Positions 34,401 to 45,390 of a stretch of DNA of 64,000 bases are shown here, piece by piece (position 1 is the stretch's first letter; each line of letters opens with the position of its first letter). The DNA is from Eutreptiella sp. 'Long Island Sound 2002' (taxonomy: Eukaryota; Protista; Euglenida). Both the position numbers and the translations under genes were made by a program. Location of the stretch: assembly GCA_964036045.1 (NCBI GenBank), contig OZ038379.1, forward strand, positions 57,350,001 to 57,414,000, read 5' to 3'. Below the pieces are notes generated by a model. It had not been told where the DNA came from, did no database searches, and saw only the letters and a list, made by a program, of their open reading frames with translations.

Positions 34401-36063
34401 TGCAAGCAAGGGGCCAGGGAGGCAGTGTTTTTGAATTGCGCGCGCACTGCACCGTGGGGTAGCATAGCTGACGCGGACAGGCAGCAGTCGGCCATGTGGG
34501 GATCAGACAGATGGTAGCCCAGGCACTGGCGGCGATAGAGGGGCGAGAGCTGGTGGGCGCTGTATGGTGACTCGATTTTGGAGACACCTTGTATCTGTTG
34601 TAGTCGTTTGCTTTGTTTTTATGACACGTCCGCGATCACGAGGGCGCAAGCAGCGAGGCTGTCGTGACGGCCGCCGGCACCGCCGATCTGTGCAGGTGGC
34701 GGTGCGCCTCGGTGCAGTGAGTGCTCATCGTGTGGCTGGCCGCGTAGTGCGGCACGTGTTTCTGGGTGGAGCAGCGAGGTTGGTGCTTGCAATGCCGTTC
34801 GCGGACACGCAAGCGCCTGAGGTGTTGCGTGCCGTTGTGTGGGACATTGGTGACCGCTTGCGCATTGCTCCGGACCAAGGGGTTACGACGACCGGCAGCC
34901 CGGATGTTAAGGTAGCAGGGCAGAAGCACCATTATAGGCCTAGGTGGCGCCTGCTGATGGCGGAAGGCCCGTCTACCTCTCCCTGAGCACCCACCACTGA
35001 GAGGGCGGACATGCCCTGCCGTATCTGTGGGTCCATGGACGGACCGCCCTTGTGTGGTGCGTGGCTACAATGTTCGCACCTTGAATGGGGTCTGAAGTCT
35101 GCTTGACCCCCGGTCGGGACACGGAGTGCCGGGCGCCGTGGAAGTGAGCCGCACCGGCCGGCCCCACTGCCCTTGCACTTTCTGTTTGCTTGCTTCGCGT
35201 GCGTGTTACCCTCGTATCAGCTTGGACCGGCACGTGCCTCGTTCAGCACCCTGTGTTTCAGGGTGCACGGCGACGTGGACGTGTGCCGCAGCGGCCGGCC
35301 CCGATGTCCTTTGCGTGTGTGTTACCTTTCGTCCCAGTTCGGACCGGCCCGCGCATGGTTTAGGACGCTGTGTTTTAGGGTGCCCGGCGCCCCGGACGTG
35401 TGCCGCAGCAGCCAGGCACGCAGTTTCCCGGGCTTAGTTCACGTACTGGTGCACACATGATGCATTGGGTGTGTCAGGCGAATGCATGCACCACCGGCAG
35501 CTCCCACATACCGGCGGCCCCCACACGCGCATATTATTTTTTCCTAGACGCAAATACCAGTAAGTGGAGTGTTGCAGTGTTGGATATTAGATTTGCATGT
35601 GTCAGTGCTAGTGTTCAGGGTAGAGGGTGTGACAGTGCAGGGCAGTACAGAGCAGGGTAGGCAAAACACAAGTTGCGCATAGCAACTTTTGTTTTGCCGG
35701 GTGAGGGGGGGGGGGGGGGCAGGAGAAGTAGCAGTGACAGTGACGGCTACAGAGACAGTGACATTGTTAGTGCCTCGATAAATGCCACCCACCTGCTGCC
35801 TTCTCCCACACCGAGCTTGATGTATTTCTAACTTGCCTAAGCGTCACTAGAGGCCCATGTCTACTTCAGCGCCAAGCGTCATGCGCTAGCATATGTATCG
35901 CTCACATCATGGGCCAGACATGCCCCAGACGCAAGTTCCCAGACGCAAACACCAGTCAGTAGAGTGTTGCAGTGTTGGATATTTGATTTGCATGTGCCAT
36001 TGCCAGTGTTCAGGGTACAGGGTGTGATAGTGCAAGGCAGTACAAAGCAGGGCCAGCAAAACA

Positions 36064-37138
36064 TGTTGAGTCCGCCATCCATATTCACGGCATTGCGGTT
36101 GCCGTTGGCGGCTAAGGTTCCCTGTAGAGAGCCAACACTACGGAGGTTGCCACCACCCAAGTCGAATCCACCTTCGACTTTCACGGCACCGGGTGCGTGT
36201 CCGTTGCCCGCTATCTGCCCCTTGAGGCTACCCGCATCCGGCATCGTCACGGGGTTGGTTGTAGTGCGGATGGCATCCCTCAGACCCCTATACGGTACCC
36301 ACATCCATGAGTTTTACGGCGACTGTGTTGCCGGCGTCCGGGCGTCTCCTTAGCGTCTGCACGTTGATAAGGTCCGTACCATTTAGGTCGAGTCCCCCAT
36401 GCACGCCCACCGCGCCGTGGTTACCTTGGGCGTCCATAGATCCTCTCAGCACTTGCACGTTGGTGAGGTCGCTACCATTCAGGTCAAGTCCCTCATGCAC
36501 GCCCGCGTTGCTGTGGTTGCCGTGGGTGTCGACGGATCCCTTCAAGGCCTGCACGTTGGTGAGGTTGGTACCATTCAGGCCGAATCCGCCATGCACGCCC
36601 ACGGCGCTGTGGTTATCTTGGCGTTCAGCGATCCCTTCACGGCCTGCACGTTGGTGAGGTCGGTACCATTCAGGTCGAGTCCCCCATGCACCACCACGGG
36701 GCCGTGGTTACCCTGGGCGTCCATGGATCCCTTCAGGGCCTGCACGTTGGTGAGGTCGGTACCTTTCACGTCGAGTCTCCCATGCACGCCCACGGCCCTG
36801 TGGTTACCCCGGGCGTCCGTAGATCCCTTCAGGGCCGGCACCTTGGTGAGGTCGGTACCATTTAGGTCGATTTCTCAAGCCACGGTCAGGCTGTCAGCAA
36901 GATGTGTAGCCACCATGACACCCAAGGTGCCCCCACAGGTCGTTGTTCTTGTCACATCAAGTTTGCCCGCAATCGTTGTATCCTTAGGTATACGAAGACC
37001 TTCCTGGCCTGTTGTGTTCGATGTCCATGTGACTGGACCAAGACTGGGGTGGTTCAAATAGGCAGGGCCGGTGCGCCACCTGTACCTTCGTACAGAAGCA
37101 TGACCACACATACAAGTCTTTATCTTCACCCAATTCAA
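36064..37138 (-). pseudogene. Tail-fibre-like gene, 5' part with ~29-aa shaft repeats
   Basis: About 6 repeats of GGLDLNGTDLTNVQALKGSMDAQGNHGAVGVH (~87 bp period, 36350-36870), with frameshifts. Confidence 0.7.
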
Positions 37139-37324
37139 TTCTAATTCAATTTCTCAATTGCGGGATTGCAGCTCTCCTTCCGAGATGCTCAAGCCAGTGC
37201 TCTACACGAGACAACCTAACCTGCTTTGAATTCAACACACCCATTCGCCACGACCTGTGACTCGGATGATGTTTGCCACATGCTCTGGGTTTCCGAACTA
37301 CACTCACATGTGGTGAAAAATATT

Positions 37325-37370
37325 ATTCCATGGGGTGTTTGGAGCGCTCGAAACTCGTGTAGCTCAGGTA
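37325..37370 (-). repeat. Short fragment shared with the APE remnant at 15545-15606
   Basis: ATTCCATGGGGTGTTTGGAG and CTCGAA.CTC.TGTAGCTCAGGT occur at both sites. Confidence 0.6.
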
Positions 37371-38107
37371 AGGGCCCTCTAGCCTGAGGCCGATCAAGTC
37401 AGGACGCGGCGCGTACCGTTTCGTGCCAAGTATGGGGTTTCCGTGTATCCGCCGACTCCATGAAGAGGCGGACGACCGGCAGTGTGACAAATGCTGAACA
37501 TTTGGCACCCCCATCCTTCTCCTCCCCCGACTCAGTATCCACCAATCTCATCCCAGAGCATCTGTCCCTCATTTGGAAAGGAAATATCAACCCAATGTAT
37601 CATGCGTAATTTACTTTTTCAACCACGTGGTATTTCAACGTGCTAGGTGAGCTGTGCCTCCTCTTGTACAATGTGTAGAAGACGATCCGCGAATTCGTGT
37701 GGAATCCTTCCACACATGGAGATACAAAAGCGGTCAGCGGAACCGAGGGCCAGCGGTGGGTGGTGGTCGTTGGACGACGGATTGATTGGCTTCAAAAATC
37801 CCCGAACCAGTTGTTCCATGGCCGTTTGCCCTACCACCATGTCACCAGTCACCGTGTTCTCCATTTGTCCACCATGACTAACATTAACCCGGACAACTAC
37901 AATCTCTTGACCCCCCACAAGCATAACCATCTTGAATAGCAAATCGGGCCCTTGGTAAGCATCACGGATGCAGTCAATGAAGGATAAGGTACACGTTGGC
38001 GCATTGTTTCACAACGTACGCGAGAGCACCGGGTTACGGGGCCATATATGTGCGCATCCCAATACCAAAACGGCGCGCTACGCTACACACACGCTGCCAA
38101 AGGGTAC

Positions 38108-38210
38108 ACTTTCTGAGTGTCTATTTTTTTTCGGTATGTACTCGCTCCTTACCACGGAAGCAACGGTGCTTTAGCACCACTTTGTGGGGCATCTCCTTTG
38201 TGCCCTGCGT
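38108..38210 (+). ncRNA. Spliced-leader RNA gene or pseudogene
   Basis: Exact ACTTTCTGAGTGTCTATTTTTTTTCG (38108-38133), the 26-nt Euglena SL exon as recalled. Followed by donor GTATGT and hairpin GGTGC-TTTA-GCACC. The 3' end is approximate. Confidence 0.9.
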
Positions 38211-38333
38211 CGTGTCGCTCTTTGCGGTGCTGGTGGGTGCGGTGCTGGTTGGTGCTTGGTGTGGCTGCCTGTATCTGGGTCTGGTTGCCTGCTGTTGTTT
38301 GGTGTATGCAGCTACAACGTGAAGATACAAAAC

Positions 38334-39316
38334 ATGCAGATGTCACAAAAAGAAAGAACATTGTTGCACATATCCACCATCGGTAATGGTCTGACCGTAG
38401 GGGAAACGGAAACAAGGGGGTATGGGTTGTATGCCACACGAAATTTTAAGAGGGGCGAGATGATAAATGGTTATCGTCGTAAGCTAATCGACAAGGATGA
38501 AGCGCTACAGCGTCGCGAGAACGGCATGGACTCCAACATTTGCACTATTTATTCACAATTCTTGCACATTGATGGCAGAAACACCTCCATACAGACGGGC
38601 ATGCCGCTGGAACTGTTGCTTTGGATGCAACCAGACCATATGGAAATAGAAATGAAACAAAAAATGCATATATCAAGATTGAGTGGCCCCTGGAAACTTT
38701 ACACATGCCTGTCATTGTTGCCAAACGTAATATCCCACACAATCAGGAAATTTTGGTGTCCTATGGAAGTGGTTTTAGGAGCCTGGAGCCACACCGTAAC
38801 ACCAACAGGCAACGGAGCAACCGTGAAGTCGTGGTAATATCATCAGATGATGATGAGCGCCATGACGATGTGACTGTTGGGAGGGTACCCGAAGTGTGGT
38901 GGTACCCACAGAAACGAGTACCACGGAGTACCTCAGATGACAGCGGAAGGCGTGCAAAGATCAGGAGGACCGGAAAGATACCCCGTCTGGGCAGACCACT
39001 GCTAATGGGGGGTGCATGGCAATTGTACCCCTCACGTGGTGTTAATAAGGTTGACATATGCAAGGTATGGAAGGCACATCGCAGGTTGGTGTTAGGGTTA
39101 GGGCACAACGACGACTTGCAACATGCCAAATCAAGCATCTTTCTAGATGTGGAAGTTGATGATGTCATAGGATTCTTTGTTGAATTTGCCCGTGCTGCAT
39201 ACCAACTCAGATGTGCCAGGCTATCCTGCTGTGATGACAACCAAGCCAACCAAGTTGCGAATCAGTGCCCACCACCATCATCGAAAAACAAAAATCATGC
39301 ACAAAAACGAAAATGA
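38334..39316 (+). pseudogene. SET-domain lysine methyltransferase (small, vSET-like) with C-terminal extension
   Basis: GYGLYATRNFKRGEMI...LIDKDEA...HIDG, one frameshift near 38590, then DA...NA...VIVAKRNIPHNQEILVSYG. Confidence 0.85.
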
Positions 39317-39669
39317 CTTCACAATCAAAATAAAGTTAACCTACGACAGGTCTTTCCAGGTTGTGCCAGTACCTGGGAACCCCGGATTGAACAAGGTTAA
39401 CCAACAAGACGTGTTTGGGATGGAAATCACGGGGGCTGGCCCTGGCCGGCACCCGACCCCAAAGGGGGGGGGGGGGGGGACGCCCCCCCCTCTACGGACC
39501 CCAAAATTGTCGCACAGAACAGTGTGCTTTGTCGGCGCCGGAGGCGCCGCAGATTTTGTTTTCGGCATACGGCGGGGGGGAATTTTTTTGTTCCACCCCA
39601 TGTGTCTATACTCAAAATACTCACAATTTTGTGGAGAATTCAAAAATGGCTGAAAAGAACAAAAAGGTT

Positions 39670-40330
39670 ATGTAGCCACCTTGCCCACTTCCAGGCCACT
39701 TCTGATTCTGCCCCCCGCTCTGAGGCGGAGGGGCTCCTCGAGACGGCAGGGGTTAAGTAGCCACATCTGACTTAGTCCCCCGCTCTGATGCGGTGGGGCT
39801 CCCCGAGACGGCAGGGGTTAAGTAGCCACCTTGCCCACTTGTGTGCCGCTTCTGATTTAGTCCCCCGCTCTGATGCGGTGGGGCTCCCCGAGATGGCAGG
39901 GGTTAAGTAGCCACCTTGCCCACTTGTGGGCCGCTTCTGATTTAGTCCCCCGCTCCGATGCGGTGGGCCCCCCCGAGACGGCAGGGGTTAAGTAGCCACT
40001 TCTGATTTAGTCCCCCGCTCTGATGCGGTGGGGCTCCCCGAGACGGCAGGGGTTAAGTAGCCACCTTGCCCACTTTTGGGCCGCTTCTGATTTAGTCCCC
40101 CGCTTTGATGCGGTGGGGCTCTCCGAGACGGCAGGGGTTAAGTAGCCACTTATGATTTAGTCCCCCGCTCTGATGCGGTGGGGCTCCCCGAGACGGCAGG
40201 GGTTAAGTAGCCACTTCTGATTTTGCCCACCGCTCTGATGCGGTGGGGCTCCCCGAGACGGCAGGGGTTAAGTAGCCACTTCTGATTTTGCCCCCCGCTG
40301 TGATGCGGTGGGGCTCCCCGAAGCGTGCTG
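39670..40330 (+). repeat. 65/85-bp tandem repeat
   Basis: About 9 units of TTCTGATTTAGTCCCCCGCTCTGATGCGGTGGGGCTCCCCGAGACGGCAGGGGTTAAGTAGCCAC, with or without a 20-bp insert. Confidence 0.95.
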
Positions 40331-41142
40331 CGCCGCCGGCTCTGCCCACTGTTCTCCCTGCTCTTCTCTGTGGGCCAAACCAGGGTAGTGATAGCAGTGG
40401 CAGTAGTAGTAGCAGCAGCTCGTCACCATACACAGTGAAAATATGGGAAACAACATTTGCCAAATGTGCATTTACCCCGTCTCTCGCAGACAAGAGCGGG
40501 CGAAACCCTGCCAGCCGTGATAGCTTTGAGAGGTTTTATCATGTGACTCTGTCGAAGATTTACTTCCATTGAAGTCGAAATGAGGCTGATATTGTGCATG
40601 CCTGGGAAGCAAGTTCGCATCGCCTGTTTGGTAGGAATCTTCTCTGCAAGCGACGTGGTGGTGCCTTGCTGAAAGAATATGATGTGGTCGCAGAACCCCT
40701 TTACCGGTTTTTGAACAAGTTAGGCGGAGAACCACGCGGAACGCCAGGCGAACACGCACATCCTTGCAAACTTTTCCCACCAGTTGTTGTACAGCGAGTC
40801 CCACTTTATCTTGCTTTTTGATGTTGCCCCACACCAGAGTGTTGTGGGCAAGCATCAACCACGTTTTGCCATCCGTTGTTATGCATGAAGCGTATGGCAG
40901 CACCACACTCCATCCTCACCTTCCCCTTGCTAGTTGCCTTCTCATTTTTTAATGAGGCACGCGTGCAAGTATTTGCAGCAAGCCGTGCCTCATCTAGAAT
41001 TGGTTGCAAGATGGTACGTGCAAAAGTGGCGACTGTCTTCCCTATCGATTGTACCACTACGTCCTGTGTCCCATTGATGTATCACAATCAGACACGGAGG
41101 TCCCCGTGGAGGCCATAATCAGGCACTCGCCTATCACATGTA

Positions 41143-42861
41143 ATGGTCCTACATATAGAACCTATGGCTACGGCGCCTTGCCACAGTGCGTCTATTGTAC
41201 TCGCTGTGCCAAAGGGAAAAAGTAACGGGGCATGGTTCTACATGCAGATCCGGCATATTGTGGCTCCGAGGGATTCTATTTTCAGAAAAATTCCAAAAAG
41301 TCCCAAAAAAATTTCAAAAAAGTTCCAAACAAATTCCAAAAAAATTCTAAAACAAATTCCAAATAAATTCCAAATAATTCCAAAAATTCCAAAAAAAATT
41401 CCAAAAAAATTCCAAAAAAGTTCCAAAAGGCACGTGAAGACCGGCGAGAGAAAATCAATTCACCACGATTCGTGGCCTTTTAGACCGATGACGGCACTCA
41501 CAAGCTGGTTCACTACCCCCCCATCAATTATTTTGAGCACATTGGGAAAAATATTTTTGCGCTTCTTTGCTTGGCAAGACGCTAAGAATACTCTCCTCAC
41601 GGATACACTGGACTTTGTACAGCGCATACACAATTGCAAACATTGGGTGGATGGGGAGGGCAATCAGTGTGTCCTAACCTCCTTTGATTTAACTGCCATG
41701 TACACAAATTTTCGGTTCAGTGATTTGAGCAAAGCGTTTTGCTATTGGCGCGCTGAGTGGAAGAACACATGTCGAGATAATTTTGAGATCACACTACATG
41801 AGCGTGCATACGTGCGATGCCTCAGTGAGCCAATTGGTGAACGATGGTTTTCGATTCATCGATACCTCATTCCCATTTTTCAATATGCAGCATGATCCCG
41901 AGGTTTCCATGGGTGAGGTTTTCCTGTGCCTGATTTCTACTCATACTATATTCAAAGCCCCGGGCAGTGGAATTTACAGGCAGGCCCAGGCCTTCTCCAT
42001 GGGGACGAATTGCGCCCCAGCCTGGGCCATACTAGCGTTGCGCTGCTTTGAACGCCTGGGGCAAAAGGCACTGCCATGCATTTTGCTGCGATTTATCGAT
42101 GAGGGCGCGTGTATTCACCACTGCGCCCACACGCCGCAGGTCAGTGCAACGCTTTCCTCTTGGTAGCCCCGACCAGCTGCGTTTTGAGGTTTTGGCTTTG
42201 GGTGTGTCAACAAATATCATTTTTGTGGACCTACATGTCCCAGACCTGCATGAACCGAGGTGCTCTACCCATTTTAAAGGCAACAAACAGCGCCACATTC
42301 ATCCCATGGTCCAGCAATACCCGCCGAGGCACAAAACTCAGGTGGAGACGGGGGGAGGGGGTACGTTTCCTTTGTACTAACCCATATGAACGATACTTCC
42401 TAGCTGCGGTGAAAAGAATGAATGGGCCATGCCGCAGGCTGGGGTACCCCAAAACTCTCTGCAGCTCCTTGCCTGTGAATTGGTCGGAAAAAGACAGATA
42501 CATGACACGAAATTCCAAAACTAAGGGTAGTAGGGTGGGTAGTTTTTTGGAATTTTTTCGCATTCATGTGTGGACAGTGCCATATGAAGCGTGCATTCCC
42601 CTGAAGTATGGAGATGCAATTCACAGACTGAACCAACGGATCAAAAAGTCAATCCCTGGGACCAAACTATTTGCAGTCAACCGTCCAGAGCCAAATCTAA
42701 GGAGGCGTTGGCATAGAGCGCTTGCATATACCCTGAATGATCTGGGGAATGTCCAGCCGGCTGCAGACAGTTTATCCGTGGATGCCAGCCTGTTGTTAAA
42801 TTGCCGAGTGACAACTAAAAATGGCGACTGCAGCCAAAGCAAGCGTCGCCGCATTGCCTGA
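41143..42861 (+). pseudogene. Penelope-like reverse transcriptase, no GIY-YIG domain visible
   Basis: LAVPKGK...PFRPM...LTSFDLTAMYTNF; YRQAQAFSMGTNCAP; LRFIDE; FVDL...THFK...HP; ends RPEPNLRR. Frameshifted. Confidence 0.85.
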
Positions 42862-43059
42862 TCAGGTCGCACACACAGCCAGAATGTCATGTGTTTTGAT
42901 TTTTGCTGATGCATTACGTGCATTGTACACATGTGTTTCCAATGGAATAAGTGAATAGGATGTATATTGCACCAGACGGAACACGCCAGTAAAATGACGG
43001 ATGTCGGAATGTTTGATACACGTATTGATGTGAGAAAAAGAATATCCTTTGTTGTCTCA

Positions 43060-43110
43060 CGCTCAGACTGATGAGGGCCTCGTGTTGGGCCGAAACCGGT
43101 CTTGTCTTTT
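43060..43110 (+). ncRNA. Minimal type I hammerhead ribozyme motif
   Basis: CTGATGA (43068-43074), stem II GGGCC/GGGCC (4 of 5 pairs), GAAA (43092-43095), palindromic ACCGGT, then C. Stem I pairs weakly. Confidence 0.65.
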
Positions 43111-43439
43111 GGCTTTGTTTGTGCACGCTTGCATGTGAGCCGTGTGTAAGAAGCCAGGCACCACCGCTGATTTTCGAATTGAGGACCCCTTCTCACACTT
43201 TTCCAGCGAAGACAAGCGCAAAGCTCATCCGAAGAAATTCAAAAAGAATTCAAAAAAAATTCCAAAAACCCCTGTTTTGTGTAGATGGGAAAGCCGAGGT
43301 GCTCATGGGAAGCTGAATACAGACACAAGCAAGGACAGTGCCTCCCGCGCATTTGGGCAGAGGTGTATGACGAGGGAGACCTCTAGGTGTAGTAGCCCTG
43401 AAACCAGTACTCCCCACCCCCCAAGAGGCTAGTCCCATG

Positions 43440-44110
43440 TTCTAGATTGAGTGGAATTTGCAAGCCAAACTGACGTGTTTAGCCGCCCTCGCACGAAAGC
43501 AACAGTGGCGGGGACAATAGTTGTGGAAGGCCGTCGAAAAACTCAGTATCCCACGCAACAACAAGGCGTTCGTGCAAGGGGCCTTCTGGAAAAATTTGGC
43601 GAAAGGAGTGATGCTAGCCAATCGGCAGCTGCATGGCACAAGGTGCCTTCCCATCTCCGTTGCATTTTCACCCACTTATTCACCAAAAGGCCCATGTCAT
43701 GGACCACTGTGATCGCCGAGCTGAATCGCGCAACGCATTGGCCATGACGCCCGTACTGCGGTGCACAAAACAAGTCCAAAGGGGGTGCTCAATGATTGTT
43801 TGGCCTTGTCCCGCCATAGTGTTTTTGTTTTCCGATTTTGGCCTCTTCGGTGTGGTCCGCCGGGCCCATGCACTATTTTGCAATGTGCAATGCTGCATCG
43901 ATGTATTTAACGGCACGGACCGCATTTTCGCTGAATTCCATCTCGTCGCCTATGGGCCAAATGAAGCCTTCACCTTGCCAAGAATGGAAATACACTTGCT
44001 CATCGAGGCATTAACAAACATTTTGGAGTCCATGGTCTTGCAGCGCCCGCGGCTGATGTATCGAGCTTGCGGTACCCCAGATGCAGGAACTGAAGTTTGA
44101 CACAGTCAAA
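43440..44110 (+). pseudogene. Possible LINE C-terminal remnant
   Basis: WKAVEKLSIPRNNKAFVQGAFWKNL resembles the zf-RVT-like W..LW..P...K.F.W pattern. Heavily disrupted. Confidence 0.25.
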
Positions 44111-44140
44111 CCAGGGGGTGCTTAAGCGACTATTTTTTTT

Positions 44141-44689
44141 TGTTAAGGGCCGCATAACCCCCTTTTTTGGGGTCATTAGCGTAGCATACCCCAAGGCATG
44201 ATATTGGATGTCCAGCCCCTTAGACAATTCCCCAATGGATTTTTTGATTCTAAGGCCTCTGTCCCCTAAAACCGGATATCACTTTTTTGAGTGGTGGGGG
44301 TGGGGTTAGGGGGGGGGTCAAAGGTTTTCGCTCAAAAGGCTCCAAGCAGTCGAGAGACAAATCCCTTTCACAACACCGCCGGTTCAATGGTAACGCGGAC
44401 GAAGCATTGTTTTCGGTCAGCGGTTCGAATCTTGATTGGCCAACTGCCGGGGGCGTCGGCGGCGCCACATTCGCCCCAACCACCGCCCATTAAAAAGTCT
44501 GCCGTCGGCTACATTACCATTCGGCCCCTGCTTGCCCTAAGGCGAAAGGTCTCCCCACTGTTTGGGGCTACGTCTGCCACTGCCAAAAAACCCAAACTGT
44601 GTGTTTCTGTCTGACCGCGGCTGGCGAGGCTAAGGGACCGATTGGCTGTGTGGCAGCCTCTCTTCCAGGTGCAGTGCCGAAGGCAATAG
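44141..44689 (+). mobile_element. Family A Helentron-like element, 5'-truncated diverged copy
   Basis: Colinear with 2640-3221, including the tRNA-like pair. Ends CCTCTCTTCCAGGTG..TGCC-GAA-GGCAATAG. Confidence 0.8.
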
Positions 44690-44859
44690 TATTTTTTACA
44701 ATATTTTTTTACTAGCCAAACAGCGCACTGCGTTCATTCGTTTTTACTAGGTATTGGGAACCTAGTAAAATTTTTTTTCAAGGTTCTCAAACCTAGTAAA
44801 AAAACAAGTTGTTTTTTTTTTTAACACGTTGCACAGCCCAAAAAAAAGAACGACGTCTC

Positions 44860-45270
44860 AAAAGATTTTGGGCCATTTCCGGGCGATTTCTGATTTTGTC
44901 CCCCGCTGTGAAGCATCGGGTGGCCCCAGACGGTGGGGGTTATGTAGCCATTGGGCCCACTTGCTTGCCACTTCTGCTCCCCCGCCCCACCCTACAGCAT
45001 CGGGGACCCCCTAGACGCCATGGGTTATGTAGCCACTGGCCCACTGGAGGGTATTTTCTGATTTTGTCCCTCGCTCCGAAGCATGGAGGACCTCCTAGAC
45101 GGCATGCACCATGTCGCCACGGGGCCCATTTGTGAGCAGTTTTGGTTTTGTCCCCCGCTTCGAAGCATTGGGGACCCCCCAAAGATGGCAGGGGTTATGT
45201 AGCCACTGGGCCCACTTGGGGACCAAGTCTCATTTTGTCCCCCGCTATGAAGCATTGGGGACCCTCCACC
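44860..45270 (+). repeat. Diverged relative of the 65/85-bp tandem repeat
   Basis: TTCTGATTTTGTCCCCCGCT...GGGGTTATGTAGCCA..GGGCCCACTTG, about 5 units. Confidence 0.8.
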
Positions 45271-45390
45271 CCCATGCTGTATTACCACCCAGCCATCACG
45301 AACTAGGATGCTTAATATGACACATGTTTTTGGGGATGAAATCCTCTGTGCCGTGCCCTAACTAATGTCCAAGGTAGCCCTACGGATCAA

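Larger units (their letters stand above)
28792..36063 (+). mobile_element. YR retrotransposon 1 with split direct repeats (A1...B1-A2-B2)
   Basis: A1 28792-~28978 matches A2 35669-~35853; B1 ~35530-35668 matches B2 ~35932-36063. Contains Gag, YR, RT and RNase H. CA core at both ends and at the internal B1/A2 junction. Confidence 0.9.

Noticed and set aside
37950-38400. 5S rRNA gene linked to the SL copy
   Set aside because: No 5S-like sequence recognised on either side of either SL copy.
16600-39700. Polinton/Maverick with terminal inverted repeats
   Set aside because: No inverted copy of the 16.6-kb repeats, and no pPolB, integrase or ATPase motifs found.
39740-40280. Telomeric repeats (GGGGTTAAG)
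   Set aside because: Single units embedded in a longer repeat; no (TTAGGG)n tract anywhere in the window.
39700-40320. Tandem hammerheads in the 65/85-bp repeat (CTGATGC...GAGAC)
   Set aside because: Two catalytic positions differ from CUGAUGA/GAAA, stem I does not form, and the sister array lacks the pattern.
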